A DNA stretch of 64,000 bases from Squalus acanthias. Lineage: Eukaryota. Position 1 is the first letter of the stretch, and each line of letters begins with the position of its first letter. The stretch lies in NCBI GenBank assembly GCA_030390025.1, contig CM059430.1:61628001-61692000 (forward strand), given 5' to 3'. The notes under the pieces are model-generated. The model did not search any database, was not told where the DNA came from, and saw nothing but the letters and a program-made list of their open reading frames with translations. Shown here one piece after another: positions 25,903 to 38,965 of the stretch. A program made the translations under genes and the position numbers.

Positions 25903-26325
25903 AGCAACATACTGCGGATGCTGGAAATCTGAAATAAAACCAGAAAATGCTGGAAATACTCAGCAGGTCAGGCAGCATCTGTGGAGAGAGAAACAGAGTT
26001 AACGTTTCAGGTCGATGTCCCTTCGTCAGAACAGTTATGACGCAGGGTCATCGACCTGAAACGTTAACTCTGTTTCTCTCTCCACAGATGCTGCCTGACC
26101 TGCTGAGTATTTCCAGCATTTTCTGGCTTTAGTTCGCCTCGGAAACATAGCTTCAAAATTCCACGGTATTATCAAGTATCTCGCCAGTTCAGAAGAAGGA
26201 TCAACGACCTGAAAAGTTAACTCTGCTTCTCTCTCCACAGATGTTGTCTGACCTGCTGAGTTTTTCCAGCGTTTTCTCTTTTTATTTCAGATTTCCAGCA
26301 TCTGCAGTATTTCGCTTTCATTATC
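25903..26325. mobile_element. Penelope-like element terminal repeats: inverted pair plus a third copy
   Basis: Near-perfect inverted repeat about 25938-26127 centred near 26033; third copy about 26185-26320. The same terminus abuts GIY-YIG C-terminal sequence at 36836-36990. Confidence 0.75.
25998..26032 (-). ncRNA. Candidate minimal type I hammerhead ribozyme
   Basis: Minus strand reads gtt-CTGACGA-agggacatcgacct-GAAAC-GTT-aac: conserved core, short stem I (gtt/aac), short stem II (agg/cct) and a palindromic stem III. Confidence 0.55.
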
Positions 26326-26959
26326 CAAGTATCAATTCTTATCATATTGGTTTAAATGATTAAGTCTGCTATTTTGTAGCAGAAGCGTTACGTTTAACTA
26401 AACGAGTTAATGTATCTGGTAAAATAATGACAAAAGAATTCGATAGCAATGCCTGAAGCGTTTGTATAATCACATAGCCTGATTTCAAAGTTCACATATT
26501 TTGTAGTTTTTTTCAAATTGAAATATAAACACAAATTAATCCTTTATACATCTGAGCGTTCCGTTAAGTCAAGGCAGTACAGTCATATATCACAGCATTC
26601 TTCAGTCAACAATCCCATAGCCATTCAAACATAACTGATAAATATAGACTGATTATAGTATAGCGGTGGATCTCCGCTGACCAGGCTCGCCCCTACTGGT
26701 ATGTCTTTTAGTTGCATTGTTGTAACAGGCTGAGCAAATTCACAGCCCCACCTCTGGAACAAGTTAGGAATAGCACGGTTTCTTGTATAACTATTTTTAG
26801 AGGATGCAGTGCCATCCTGTGGAGAGCGGGAAGATAGCAGGTGTTACTATTACCTTGACTCAATGGACTGGGAGTGTTTCATCCTCAGCTAAGCTGTACG
26901 ATTTTATCCGACTAGTCAATATCCCGTGGGGTTGCATATGTGAAGTCAGAATATATGAT

Positions 26960-27335
26960 ATCTGCTTTATCTGTCTCTGTTGTCTTCGTGTTGCTATTTC
27001 TGTCTGTCTCTGCTTCTCTGCTTTTGTCTCGCTTTCTCTTCTCTTGCTTCTCTCACACTAAATCTTCTCTTTGCCTCTCTCTCACTTAAACACGGACACA
27101 CTCAGAGCCTCTCTCTCTCTCTCTTTCTCTCCCCTCCTCTCTCCCTCGTCTCTTCGGCCTCTCTGTCTTTTACTTCTTCCGATATTTCTTTTCCTATGTG
27201 GGGTGACAGGTTATCCTGGCAAAATAAGCTGCTGATGTCTGCAGTTTCACATATGAAATGTACAGAAAAGCAAATATTTCTGTCTGTCTGTCTACCAATT
27301 TGTGTACATATGTGTCTCTGTCTTTCTGTGCTTTT
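26960..27335 (+). repeat. Degenerate (CT)n/(CTGT)n polypyrimidine microsatellite
   Basis: Long CT-rich low-complexity tract, e.g. 27108-27180. Confidence 0.8.
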
Positions 27336-28139
27336 CATAAGAGTCAGTCATTAGAATATTTCAAAATAACACAGGAGAGACGCTTACAAGCCTTCTGTTT
27401 GCTTCAAAATTTAATAATCTTTGAAACTTTTATTAAACGTATGGTGAGGAAAGAGCTTCTCGATCAGCTCAATGTGCTTTCTAAAGCTGAAAGAAACACA
27501 AAACAAAAGCTTCAACAGATGTGTAATCACCACATTTTCATTCTTTTCTCTTTCTTTCTCTCTCACAGCTACAAACGCACACATTGTTCTCACATAAATA
27601 CGCAGAATAAAAGTCCCCTAGCTTTCCTTTAAATAACTTTGATAAACAACTGAGAATAAATTGCTTGAGGTTAAAGAAAAATATTCCCCCGCACTGTGGA
27701 CTGAATTGTATTGATGCATCCTAGGAAATTAGATACACTGCACTTCTTCAGTATCTGCTTTTACCGAACAGAATCACAGCTCTGGACAAAAATATCAAGT
27801 CGGAGCTTGGCTTTTTGGATAGACTGAGGTCTTCAAGTAAACAGTTAATGAAGACATTGAAGAATACAAGAGAAAATTCAACGGATAGATATAATAATGT
27901 TATTATATTTAATTTTTCTTAAATTTTTCATAAATGGAAATAATTATGAATTATATTATAGAAAATATTTTGAGTGACTTGTGAGGAACACATAATACAG
28001 CACCACATGTTGATTTTACAGGGACTTGTTATAACTCAGCGATTGGAGTAACATTGGAAACCCTATTATAATATCATCTACAAGCATCACAGGGAATCAT
28101 TCAGGAAAATAGTCCGGACAGGGTGAAGTATTCACTTTA

Positions 28140-29355
28140 AGTACTGCCAGCCTTTCTCGTACCTCCACTTTATCTAATTTTTATCTCATGCGGTATCCTG
28201 GCAACCTCCTCGTTTACCACAGCTTTGGCAAAGTTATCTTCCTTGGTAAACACCGATTTAAAGTACTCATTTAGTACCTAAGCCATACCTTCTGCCTCCA
28301 CCAATAGATCTCAACTTTGGTCCCTAATTGGCCCCATCGCTTCGCGGATAAACCTTTTACTGTTAATACACCTCGAGCAAACCTTTGGATTCCCGTTTAT
28401 GTTAGCCGCCGATCTATTCTCTTATGGTCTCTTTGCCCCTCTTATTTCCTCTTTCACTTCTCCTCTGTACATTTTATATTCAGCCTAATTCTCCCTTGTA
28501 TTATCAAGCTGACATCTGTCATACGCCCCCTTTTTCTGCTTCATCCGACTCTCTAACTCCTTTGTCATCCAGGGAGCTCTGGCTTCGGTTGCCCTCCCTT
28601 TCCCCCTTGTGGGAATGTACCTAAACTGTACCCGAACCATCTCTTCTTTAAAGGCCATCCATTGCTTTATTACATTTCTGCCTGCCGGTCTTTGACTCAA
28701 ATTTACCTGGGCCAGATCCATCCTCAATTCGCTGAAATCAGCCCTCCTCCAGTTAAATAGTTTCATTCTAGATTGCTCCTTGCCCTTCTCCATAACAATC
28801 TAAACCTTACGATACCATGCTCACTATTCTCGAGGTACTCCTCGACTGACATTCTCCACTTGACCCACTTCATTCCCCAGGACAAGATCCTCGCTGGGCT
28901 TGAAACAAACTGATCAAGAAAACTAGTGCTGTGGAGAAGGGTTTAAACTAATTCGGCAGCGGTTTGGGCACCAAGATGTAATTTTTAAAAGTACAGAGGA
29001 CTGGGAGAGACAGCTAGAATTAGAAATAATACAGAACTAAGTGGGATCATAGAAAATACAAAGAGGTCTAAGTTAGGTTTGTAATGTATGTGTGTAAATT
29101 CACGAAGTGTAGCTAATAAGGTTGGTGAACTACAGGCGCCAATAGCCACGTGGGAATATGAGGCAGTGGCGATAACTGAGACCTGGTTCAAAAGGGGTAT
29201 TCCAGGGTACAAGGTATTCAGGAAAGATAGGGAAGGAAAAAACAAGGATGGATAGCAGTTTTGATGAAGTAAAATATTACAGTGCTAGAAAAAGAAAATA
29301 CCCTTGAGGAGTCAAAGACAGAATTTATTTGGTTGGAGTTAAGAAACAATAAACG
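28140..29355. mobile_element. Two CR1 fragments in opposite orientation (28140-28910 minus; 28925-29355 plus)
   Basis: Minus piece: NWRRADFSELR…APWMTKE. Plus piece: ORF1 end TTTAAACTAA and EN start (ITETW). Confidence 0.75.
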
Positions 29356-29357
29356 TG

Positions 29358-30265
29358 CTATCCCGGCTGTAGTGCTAGATCTGTTCTGAATCTATTCCAT
29401 TTAGCACAGTAGAAGTGCCACACATTGGTGAGTAGATGGTGCTTGATACATTGTCGACGACGCCTTCCGTCACTTTGCTGATGATTGAGAGTAGGCAGAT
29501 GGGGCGGTAATTGGTTGAATTGTATTTGTCCTGCATTTTGTGGACAGGACATACGTAGGCAATTTTCCACTTTGTCGTTAAGATGCCAGTGTTGTAACTT
29601 TACTGGAACAGCTTAGCTAGTGGCTAGTTCTGGAATAGAAGTGTTCAACACTACCTTCGGGATGTTTTCCGGGCCCACAGCCTTGTTTTTTTCACTCAAG
29701 CGCGGGGCTCCATCATCATTGAGGATGGAGATTATCAGGAAGCCTCCTCCACCTGTTAGTTGTTTACTTTTCCGCTACCATTCACGACTGGATGTGGCAG
29801 GACTGCAGAGCTTTAATCTGATCCGTTAGTTGTGGGATCGCTTGTCTCTGTCTATAGCATGCTACTTCCGCTGTTTACCCTGCATGTAGTCCTGTGTTGT
29901 AGCTTCACCAGGTTGGCATCTCATTTTCAGATAAGCCTGGTACTGCTCCTGGCATGCACTTCTACACTCCTTGTTGAACCAGCGTTGGTCGCCTGGCTTG
30001 ATGGCAATGGCAGAGTAAGGGATATGCCTTTCTGCTGCTGCTGATGGCCCGCAACGCCTCATGGATGCCCAATTTTGAGCTGCTCGATCTGTTCTGAATT
30101 TATCCCATTTAGCACGCTGGTAGTGCCACACAACACGATGGACGGTGTCCTCAATGTGAAGACGGGACTTCATTTCCACAAGGACTCTGCAGTGCTGACT
30201 CCTACCAGTACTGTCGTGGACAGATGCATCCTCGATAGGTAGATTGGTGAGGACGAGGTCAATTG
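29358..30265 (-). mobile_element. CR1/L2-group LINE internal fragment, continuing near 34240-34370
   Basis: HRVVWHYQRAKWDKFRTD…IKPGDQRWFNKECR. Confidence 0.7.
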
Positions 30266-30276
30266 GGTTTTTCCCT

Positions 30277-33200
30277 CATAAGAACATAAGAACATAAGAA
30301 ATAGGAGCAGCAGTAGGCCAATTGGGCCCTCGAGCCTGCTCCACCATTCAATAAGATCATGGCTGATCTGATCCTAACCGCCAATCTACTATCACAGAAC
30401 CATCTCCTGAACCTAACAGAATTGGACACACGAAATAGGAGCAGGATCAGGCTACATGGCCCCTGGGCACGCTGCGCTACCCACAGGGCCATGACCAATC
30501 CGAACCTAGACTCATGTCCAAATTCCTGCCCGCTCCCCGTAACCCTTAATTTCCTTTACTTCTAGGAAATTGTCTATTTCTGTTTTAAAGTTATGTAATG
30601 ATGTAGCTTCTACAGCTTTTTGGGGCAGCATATTCCATGGACCTACCACCCGCTGAGTGAAGTAGTTCCTTCTCATCTCAGTTTTGAAAGAGCAGCCCCT
30701 TATTCTAAGACTATGCCCCCTAGTTCTAGTTTCACCCATCATCGGGAACATCCTCCCCGCATCCACCCGATCCAACCACTTCACAATCTTATATGTTTCA
30801 ATAAGATCGCCTCTCATTCTTCTGAACTCCAATGAGTAGAGTCCCAATCTACCCAACCTCTCCTCATATGTCCATCCCCTGATCCCCGGGATTAACCGAG
30901 TGAACCTGCTTTGTACTGACTCGAGAGCAAGTATGTATTTTCTTACGTGTGGACACCAAAACTGCATGCAGTATTCCAGGTGTGGTCTCACCAATACCTT
31001 GTACAACTGAAGCAATACCTCCCTATTTTTATATTCTATCCCCCTAGCAATGAAAGCAAACATTCCATTGGCCTTCTTAATCACTTGCTGCACCTGCATA
31101 CTAACCTTTTGAGTTTCGTGCACGAGGACCCCCAGATCCCTTTGTACTTCAGTACTTTCCAATTTCTTGCCATTAAGATAATAACTTGCTCTACTATTTT
31201 TCCTGCCAAAATGCATAACCTCACACTTTCCAGTAATGTATTCCATCTGCCAAATCTCTGCCCACTTACTTAGCCTGTCTATGTCCCCTTGCAGATTTTT
31301 TATGTCCTCCTCACTCACTACTTTCCCTCCCATCACAGTATCATCTGCAAACTTTGATATGTTACACTCGGTCCCCTCCTCCAAATCGTTAATATAGATT
31401 GTAAAGAGTTGGGGACCCAGCACTGACCCCTGCGGAACACCACTAGTTACTGATTGCCAGTCTGAGAATGAACCATTTATCCCAACTCTCTGCCTTCTGT
31501 TAGATAGCCAATCCTCTATCCATGCCAGAATATTACCCCCAATCGCGTGATTTTTTATCTTATGCAATTATCTTTTGTGTGGCAACTTGTCAAATGCCTT
31601 TTGGAAGTCTAAATACACCACATCCACTGGTTCCCCTTTATCCACCCTGTATGTTACTTCCTCAAAGAACTCCAGCAAATTTGTCAAACATGACTTCCCC
31701 TTTATAAAACCATGCTGACTTTGTCCTATTAAATTATGATTATCCCAATGTCCCGTTACTGTCTCCTTAATAATGGACTCCAAAATTTAACCTACAACAG
31801 ATGTTAGGCTAACCGGTCTATAGTTTCCAGCCTTCTGTCTACTGCCTTTTTTAAATAAGGGTGTTACATTAGCAGTTTTCCAGTCTGCCGGGATATTTGC
31901 TGAGACCAGGGAGTTTTGGAAAATTATTACCAATGCATCCACAATCCCTACCGCTACTTCCCTCAAGACCCTAGGATGTAAGCCATCAGGTCCAGGTGAT
32001 TTATCCGCCTTGAGTCCCATTATTTTACCGAGTACCACTTCCTTAGTGATTTTGATCGTGTTTAGCTCCTTCCCCCCCACTATAGCCCCCTGTTTGTCCA
32101 GTGTTGGGATATTCTTAGTGTCCTCTACTGTAAAGACTGATACAAAATATTCATTCAGTGTATTTGCCATCTCCATATTTCCCACCATTAATTTCCCGGT
32201 CTCATCCTCTAAGGGAAAAACATTTACTTTAGCCACCTTTTTTCTTTTTATATAACATAAAAACTCTTGCTATCTGTTTTTATAATTTTTGCTAATTTAC
32301 TTTCATAATCTATCTTCCCTTTCTTTATCAATCTTTTTGTTATTTTTTGCTGTCTTTTAAAGTTTTCCCAATCCTCTATCCTCCCACTAGATTTGGCTAC
32401 CTTAAAGGCCCTTGTTTTTAGTCGAATACCATCCATAATTTCTTTACTTAGCCACGGATGACTGTCTTTTCTTTTACACCCTTTTCTTCTCAGTGGAATA
32501 TATATTTTTTGGAAGTTGTAAAATTACTCCTTAAATGTGCACTACTGATCATGTATCGTCTTACCCTTTAATCTATTTTCCCACTCCACTCTACTCAATT
32601 CCGCTCGCATACCTTCATAGTCTCCTTTATTCAAGCTTAGCACGCTTGTTTGAGATCCAACCTTCTCACCCTCTAATTGAATATGGAATTCAACCATGTT
32701 ATGGTCACTCATTCCAAGGGGATCCTTTACTAGGACATTTTTAATTAATTCTGTCTCATTACACAGGACCAGATCTAAGGTTGCTTGCCCCCTGGTCGGT
32801 TCAGTTACATACTGCTCAAGAAACCCATCCCTAATACACTCAATGAACTCATCCTCAAGGCAGCCCTGCCCAAGTTGATTTGTCCAATTAACATGATAGT
32901 TAAAATCCCCCATAATTATAGATGTTCCCTTATTACAAGCCTCAACTATTTCCTGATTGATACTCCGTCCAACAGCGTTGCAACTGATCGGAGGCCTATG
33001 GACTACGCCCACTCATGCTTTTTGCCCCTTATTATTCCTTATCTCCACCCAAACTTTCATTATCCTGATCTTTTGACCCAATATCATTTCTCTGTATTAC
33101 AGTGATTCCTTCCTTTATTAACATAGCCACCCCACCTCCCCTTCCTTCCTGCCTGTTGTTCCTGATCGTTAAAAATCCTGGTATGTTTAATTCCCAGGCA

Positions 33201-34230
33201 TTGTCACCCTGTAGCCATGTTTCTGTAATGGCCGCAAGATCATACCCATATGTAATTATTTGTGCCATTAACTCGTCTATTTTGTTACGAAGTCTACGTG
33301 CATTCAGATAGAGAACTTTCAAATATGTTTTGTGACACTTAGTTCCTGCTTTTGCCCTTTTTATTACTTTACCTTTTACTTCATACCTTCTGCCCCTTCC
33401 TGACGCACTCTGGTTTTTAATTTCCCCACTGCTACCTAATCTATGATCTTCTCTGTTGTCATTTTTATTATTTGCTCTCTAGGAACCGCCCCCCCACTAG
33501 TTAATTTAAAGCCCTCTCTACAGCCCAAGTTATATGATCCGCCAGGACTCTAGTCCCTGCACTGGCCAAGTGAAGCCTGTCCCAACGGAACAGCTCCCTC
33601 CTGCCCCAGTACTGGTGCCAGTGTCCCAGGAAGCAAAACCCATTTCTCCCACACCAGTCTTTGAGCCACTCATTTAACTCTCTAATTTTATTTGTCCTAG
33701 CCAAATTCGCTCGTGGCTCAGGTAATAATCCAGAGATTATTACCCTTGAGGTTCTGTTTTTTAATTTGACCCCTAGCTGCTCATACTCCTTTAACAGAAC
33801 TGGCTTCCTTGTCCTATCTACGTCGTTTATACGAACATGGAACACGACAACTGGATCCACCCACGCCTACTGCAAGTTTCTTTCCAGCCCAGATGAGATG
33901 TCCTTAACCCTGGCACCGGGCAGGCAACACAGCCTACGGGACTCTCGCTCTCGGCTGCAGAGAACTCTATCTATCCCCCTAATAATACTATCCCCTACCA
34001 CTACAACATTTCTATTTACTCCCCCCTCTTGAATGGCCCCCCGTTTCACGTTGCTGTGGCCAGGTTGCTCATCCTCCCTGCAGTCCCTGCTCCTGTCCCC
34101 ACAGGGAGTAAGAACCTCGAACCTGTTGGACAAGAGCAAGGGCTGCGGCTCCTCCAACACTACCTCCTGGTTCCCCATACCTGCCTCACTCGTAGTCACA
34201 CCGTCCTGTTCATGACCATGGGCTACATCT
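30277..34230 (-). mobile_element. CR1 LINE: ORF1 esterase plus ORF2 with a few disablements
   Basis: GDSIIRG…CCLPGARV; EN (ITETW, GDFN, SDH); RT (QGSVLGP, FADD); tail reading (CATAAGAA)n on the plus strand. Confidence 0.93.
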
Positions 34231-34423
34231 AAATTAATTAATCATGTTGTGTCTGTCACCACCTGCGACAAGCTTAGTCTAGCAACTATTTCCTTCAGGA
34301 CTCGGCCAGATCGGTCAGTAGTGGTGCTACCAAGTGACTCTTGGTGATGCACATTGAAGTCCCCCCACCCAGTTTATGGCCGGCAATTTTTACTGACACT
34401 GGCAATTCCACTGAAATACATCG

Positions 34424-36835
34424 AGGGGAATTTCGTGGGTGGTTAGCGGGCGTGTTCGGTGGTGGGTCGTGTGGGAATTTTTTTTTAGACAGCTGTCAAC
34501 ACACTGTCATCTGCCTTTCCATATGTTGGGTATGTCAGTACTGAATAGACCCGACACACAACAGCAGGGGAGGCAATTCAAGTCATTATGACCTTGGTAA
34601 CAGCCCATTAAGAAGTAGTTTGAGCTCACAGTTACATTTTACGTGGTCGCCCACGGGGTCCACGCTGCTCGGGGATCATTTCAAGTAAGCAGGTCGGGAG
34701 TTGTATGACCATGGAATCATCTCATTACTTGACAGCTTGAAATGTGCTTTAAACGCTCCCATCTCACATCTGTTCACTTTCCAAGCTCAGAAGCTGTTGC
34801 TTACTGTATCTGGAAGACAGATTTAGCTTTATGCAGGTTGCAAGTGTTTTGAGTAAACTCTCTATCAAATGTCAGCTCATTGGAACAAACTATCCCTCCA
34901 TTGACAGATCGTTTCTCTCAGTCAGGGGAAAAATCGTTTTGGGCAGCGGGATGGAGACAGCAGCGGGGTCGGGAGCTGCCACCGACCTCGCCTGCCACAG
35001 ACCCGCCGAGGTTGGTAAAATCCAACTGAATTTTACCGGCATTCAGAGGGCGGGTTTGATGGTGCGCCCGCTGTCAAAATCAAAAAGATTGACAGCGGGC
35101 CGATATCCCAATCTGAACCCGCCTCCTTGTCAGTTTCCCAAGTGTCATTTCTGTCTGTGCTTTGCAGACACGGCACTAAGCGGCGGGTCATTCAATTGTG
35201 CTTCTTAGGACGGTGTTTAAAGTAATGAAGTCCCCATTTTCCTAGTTCCGAAGCATTTTGCCAAGTTTTGCACGAGGTTCCCATCGCGTGGATATCACGC
35301 CAGGTAAGTATATCCGGTTCTGAACTACTCTCCATTTCTTTCAATAGGTGACAGCTGCAAAAGTGTTTTAAAACCTGCCATTTGAAAGCTGGTCAGTTTC
35401 CAATCTCAGAAGCTTCAGCCTTCAGTATTTAGAACCCACTTTGAGCTTTTTGCACTTTGAAGTGTTTTGAGTAATCTCTCTATCCACTGTCACCTCCTTG
35501 GAACAACCTATCTCAACATTGACAGATTACTTCTGTCATCTGAATCTCACCTGCCATCTATTCTATCAGCATCGGTGCCCTTGAAAAGATCTCACCTTGG
35601 TCCTCAGAATTCCAAAACGATCAGCTCCAACACCAGCATCACCGGGCACACCAGCAGCACCAACATCCACACCAACCTTCTCCACAATCAACTGATGCTG
35701 CACTGGACACAGGGCATCATCACCCGTGCACATTGCTGTCCGGGACGCCAGCGATGGACTCACCATGTCCAGATTAGCTTCGCTTAACACTGTACACCCT
35801 GGCTGCAACATCATGCACCAGGTTGGCAACACCCCATATCAGTATATCTACAATGTCCAAGCCATTCCTTTCACACTCATCACCATCGCGGAAGGGGGGG
35901 GGGGGTGCGGGGGGTTGGTGGGGTGGGGGTGACGTTATGTCTCACCATTCACTGCAACTCACTAAGATACTTTCAAAGGGTCATACAAATCTGTCCAAGA
36001 ATGCAATGTGTTGAAAATAAAGATTTCAATATTTGACAGCACATTAACAGAAACTTCACATGAACATGGGCTAAACCACCCAAGTGCCTACCCTTGTGTG
36101 TTGTTAGTTGGTATGCTTGCAGTAGGATGAGGGTGAGTGTGAGGGGTGGTTAGTGAGATGGGAAAGTCATAATGTAGATAGAGAGTGATGGGTGGAGTTG
36201 CAAGGAATGTTGGTGTGAGTAAAGATGTGCAGCAGTAGGGTAGGGAAAGCAGATTGATGGGGATGTGATGAGTGGCACAGCAGGATGAGGTTGAGGTTGA
36301 GTCTTTGCAGTAACATTTCGTGATATACCGAGATCATTGAAAGGTTTGCGCCACTGCAGCTTGATTCTCCTGATGCCATCCCTGCTTATGGCCTCCTGTG
36401 CAATGTGGAACCAGGCTGTGTTAGTGTCATGGGGAGGTGTCTTCCGCCCATTGGAAGAGAAGAGAACCTCCCTGCGTGCTGTGACTCCCAGCATAAGCAG
36501 ATGGAGGGAGTCATGGGAGTGCCTGAGTGCAGCCGTGTAACTTTCTGCAGTGTTCGTCAGTTTTTGCAGCAACTCAATGCTGCAGAACACTGACAGCAGA
36601 ACTGTCAAAATAAAGTTGGACATGGCCCTTTTAAGGAAACCGGCTGATGACGCATAATCAAATGACGTCATTAGACCCGCTTCCTATTAATTAGCCGGGA
36701 ACCTCGCAGGGCGGGTTTAACAGGGTCCATCCTCGGAATATCTTGTTGGAGGCCGGGATCGAGACAGATGCGAAGTCCCGACACGCCACCGACGTCGCCC
36801 GCCCCGGACCCGCCGAGGTTGGAAAAATCCAAGCC
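34424..36835 (-). mobile_element. Non-autonomous Harbinger-family elements (short MITE about 34424-35026, longer Myb/SANT-bearing element about 35027-36835)
   Basis: ORF 36150-36671 carries the Myb/SANT-like TARREVLF…AWFHIAQE…LQWRKPFNDL; colinear with the inverted copy at 50161-51824. Confidence 0.7.
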
Positions 36836-36990
36836 AACTCTGTTTCTCTCTCCACAGATCCTGGTTGACTCTGAGCTTCCAATCGCTTTCGATTTTAATT
36901 CACCGTCCCACTCCCACTCTGACCTCTCTGTCCTCGGCCTTCGACACGGTTCCAGGAAAGCTCAACGAAAGCTCGAGTAACTGCACCTCA
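36836..36990 (+). mobile_element. Penelope-like fragment (GIY-YIG endonuclease C-terminus)
   Basis: ELPIAFDFNSPSHSHSDLSVLGL…AQRKLE resembles the PVAxHFN…RxxxE end of the Penelope ORF. Confidence 0.65.
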
Positions 36991-37556
36991 TACGGAAAGG
37001 AGAAAGACATTCAGAACGCCATATTCTCATTTGGTATCAATGGAAATGACTATAAAATATTCGTTTTACATCCCAAACAATTCTTTATTGTTTCCGTGAA
37101 TTAAACGGAAGAGAGCGTTGATGCCCCAATGTTAATTTTCTGATCCAAGTAGTGTAATTCAACCCCACAGTTGCGGAAGCTGAAGGCAGTGGTGGACTAA
37201 AGAGACAACGCTTACGGCACAAAGGGACGGCATGTGGCCTATTGCGTCCGTGTTGGCTTAATGATAAAGCAAACCCAAAACTAATTCCGGCAGCCTTTCG
37301 CTTCCTGTAGCCCTTCTTCTGCTTCGAATATTTATGAACGTTTCCCTTAAAATGCGATTATGATTTTCACAGTTATTCGGTGTAGTTGAGGGAACATAAC
37401 AGAAAGAAATATACTTTCATCTAAATGAGATCATAAAGTGAATTGTGAATCGTCATTATTTATGATCCATGTTTTTATTATCTCCGTTTATATTGGAAGA
37501 TTTGGCGCGCGTATGTGTTGGTGTGTATACTTGGTTTTTACTTATAGTATCTTAAA

Positions 37557-38003
37557 CATAGAAACATAGAAACTAGGAGCAGGAGTAGGCCATTCGGCCC
37601 GTCGAGCCTGCTCCACCATTCAATACGATCATGGCTGATCATCCAAATCCAGTACCCTGTCCCTGCCCCCTCACACAGAATCCCCATCGAGCCTGCACCG
37701 ACACATATCCCACCCTATCCCCGTAACTCCACGTATTTAATTCCCCCTAACATATCCCATCCTATCCCTGTAACCCCACATATTTAATCCCCCCCTAACA
37801 CTAAGGGTCAATTTATCATAGCCAAATCACCTAACCCACACATTTTTGGACTGTGGGAGGAAACCGGAGCACCCGGAGGAAACCCACGCAGACACGGGGA
37901 GAATGTGCAAACTCCACACAGACAGTCACCCGAGGCCAGATTCGAACCCGGGTCGCTGGCGCTGTGAGGCACCAGTGCTAACCACTATGCCACCGTGTTG
38001 CCC
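37557..38003 (-). mobile_element. HE1-like V-SINE followed by a CR1 3' tail
   Basis: A box TGGCATAGTGG, B box GGTTCGAATC and V-domain (gtttgcacattctccccgtgtctgcgtgggtttcctccgggtgctccggtttcctccc); (TTTCTATG)n tail at 37557. Confidence 0.88.
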
Positions 38004-38965
38004 AGAAGGTGCACAGAAGGAGGCCATTCGGCCCATCGTGCCTTTGCCGGCTGCTTGAAACATCTATCCAATTAGTGCCACTACCCTGCTCTTTCTCCGT
38101 TGCTCTGCATGTTTTTCTTATTTAAAAATAAATAAATAATAAATAAATACTTGTGTATGTATATATGAACATAATCATAGGCAACATGTTCCTAACGGAG
38201 AACCTGTGCCTTATTCCTATAATGTTAGAAAAGGGAATACTTGTACACGAACTGTTGCCTTCTATTCTACCTTTGTTTTAATGTTGAACTGTTGAATGCA
38301 GGCAGCCTGTGAGCAGACGACTTACCTGGAAGTACCTCCACAGTTATGTTCCAGATAAATCACTCTCAACGTATCGTAACCCAGGATCCATCCCATTGTC
38401 TTCCTCAGCCTTTCCACACAAATCAAAATGTTGTCCAATTCACCACACTTGTTGCGCTTTCCAACCATAGTTACAATGGGAGTTCTGTTCTCTACCCAGC
38501 CTCCTGTTCCTGAGGTGGTTAGAGGGCGACGTCATAATGTCACTAAAGGAGTAGAACTACTCAAAATCTCTTCCATGATCGCCTCCCACCTGCAACTCGA
38601 GCGTGTAACACACTGTAACAAGGGATTACTTTAATTAGCAGCACCCCTCATAAAAAAGTTACAATAATGGGGGAAATTCAATTAAAAAATGCGTCACTTT
38701 AGCTAAATTATGTTTACGTTTTAACTAACTGGCCAGAAATTACATTTCGAGATCCTGCATGATCAGCAGAACAATGTTGTCCATGGAGGGACTTCGTGGA
38801 AGGGATCTGATCAATTTCACAGTAGTAGAAGTGTGGGCGAAAAATATAAAGCGCCAGTATTTTGAAAAACACACCTAATGTTTGTTCTAAATTTTGTATA
38901 ATGTCGATAAATATAAAGAATGCATCAGATATAGCATCTTCAGGCGAAGCCATTGTAAATTCTAG

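Noticed and set aside
37935-38003. tRNA gene
   Set aside because: A and B boxes are followed by a V-SINE body, so this is a SINE head.
38326-38612. AG/GT-bounded 287-nt minus-strand segment as a decayed Ig exon of the paralogue
   Set aside because: Stops in all three frames and no Cys/Trp Ig signature; only the terminal NITVEVLP is suggestive. Needs a profile search.
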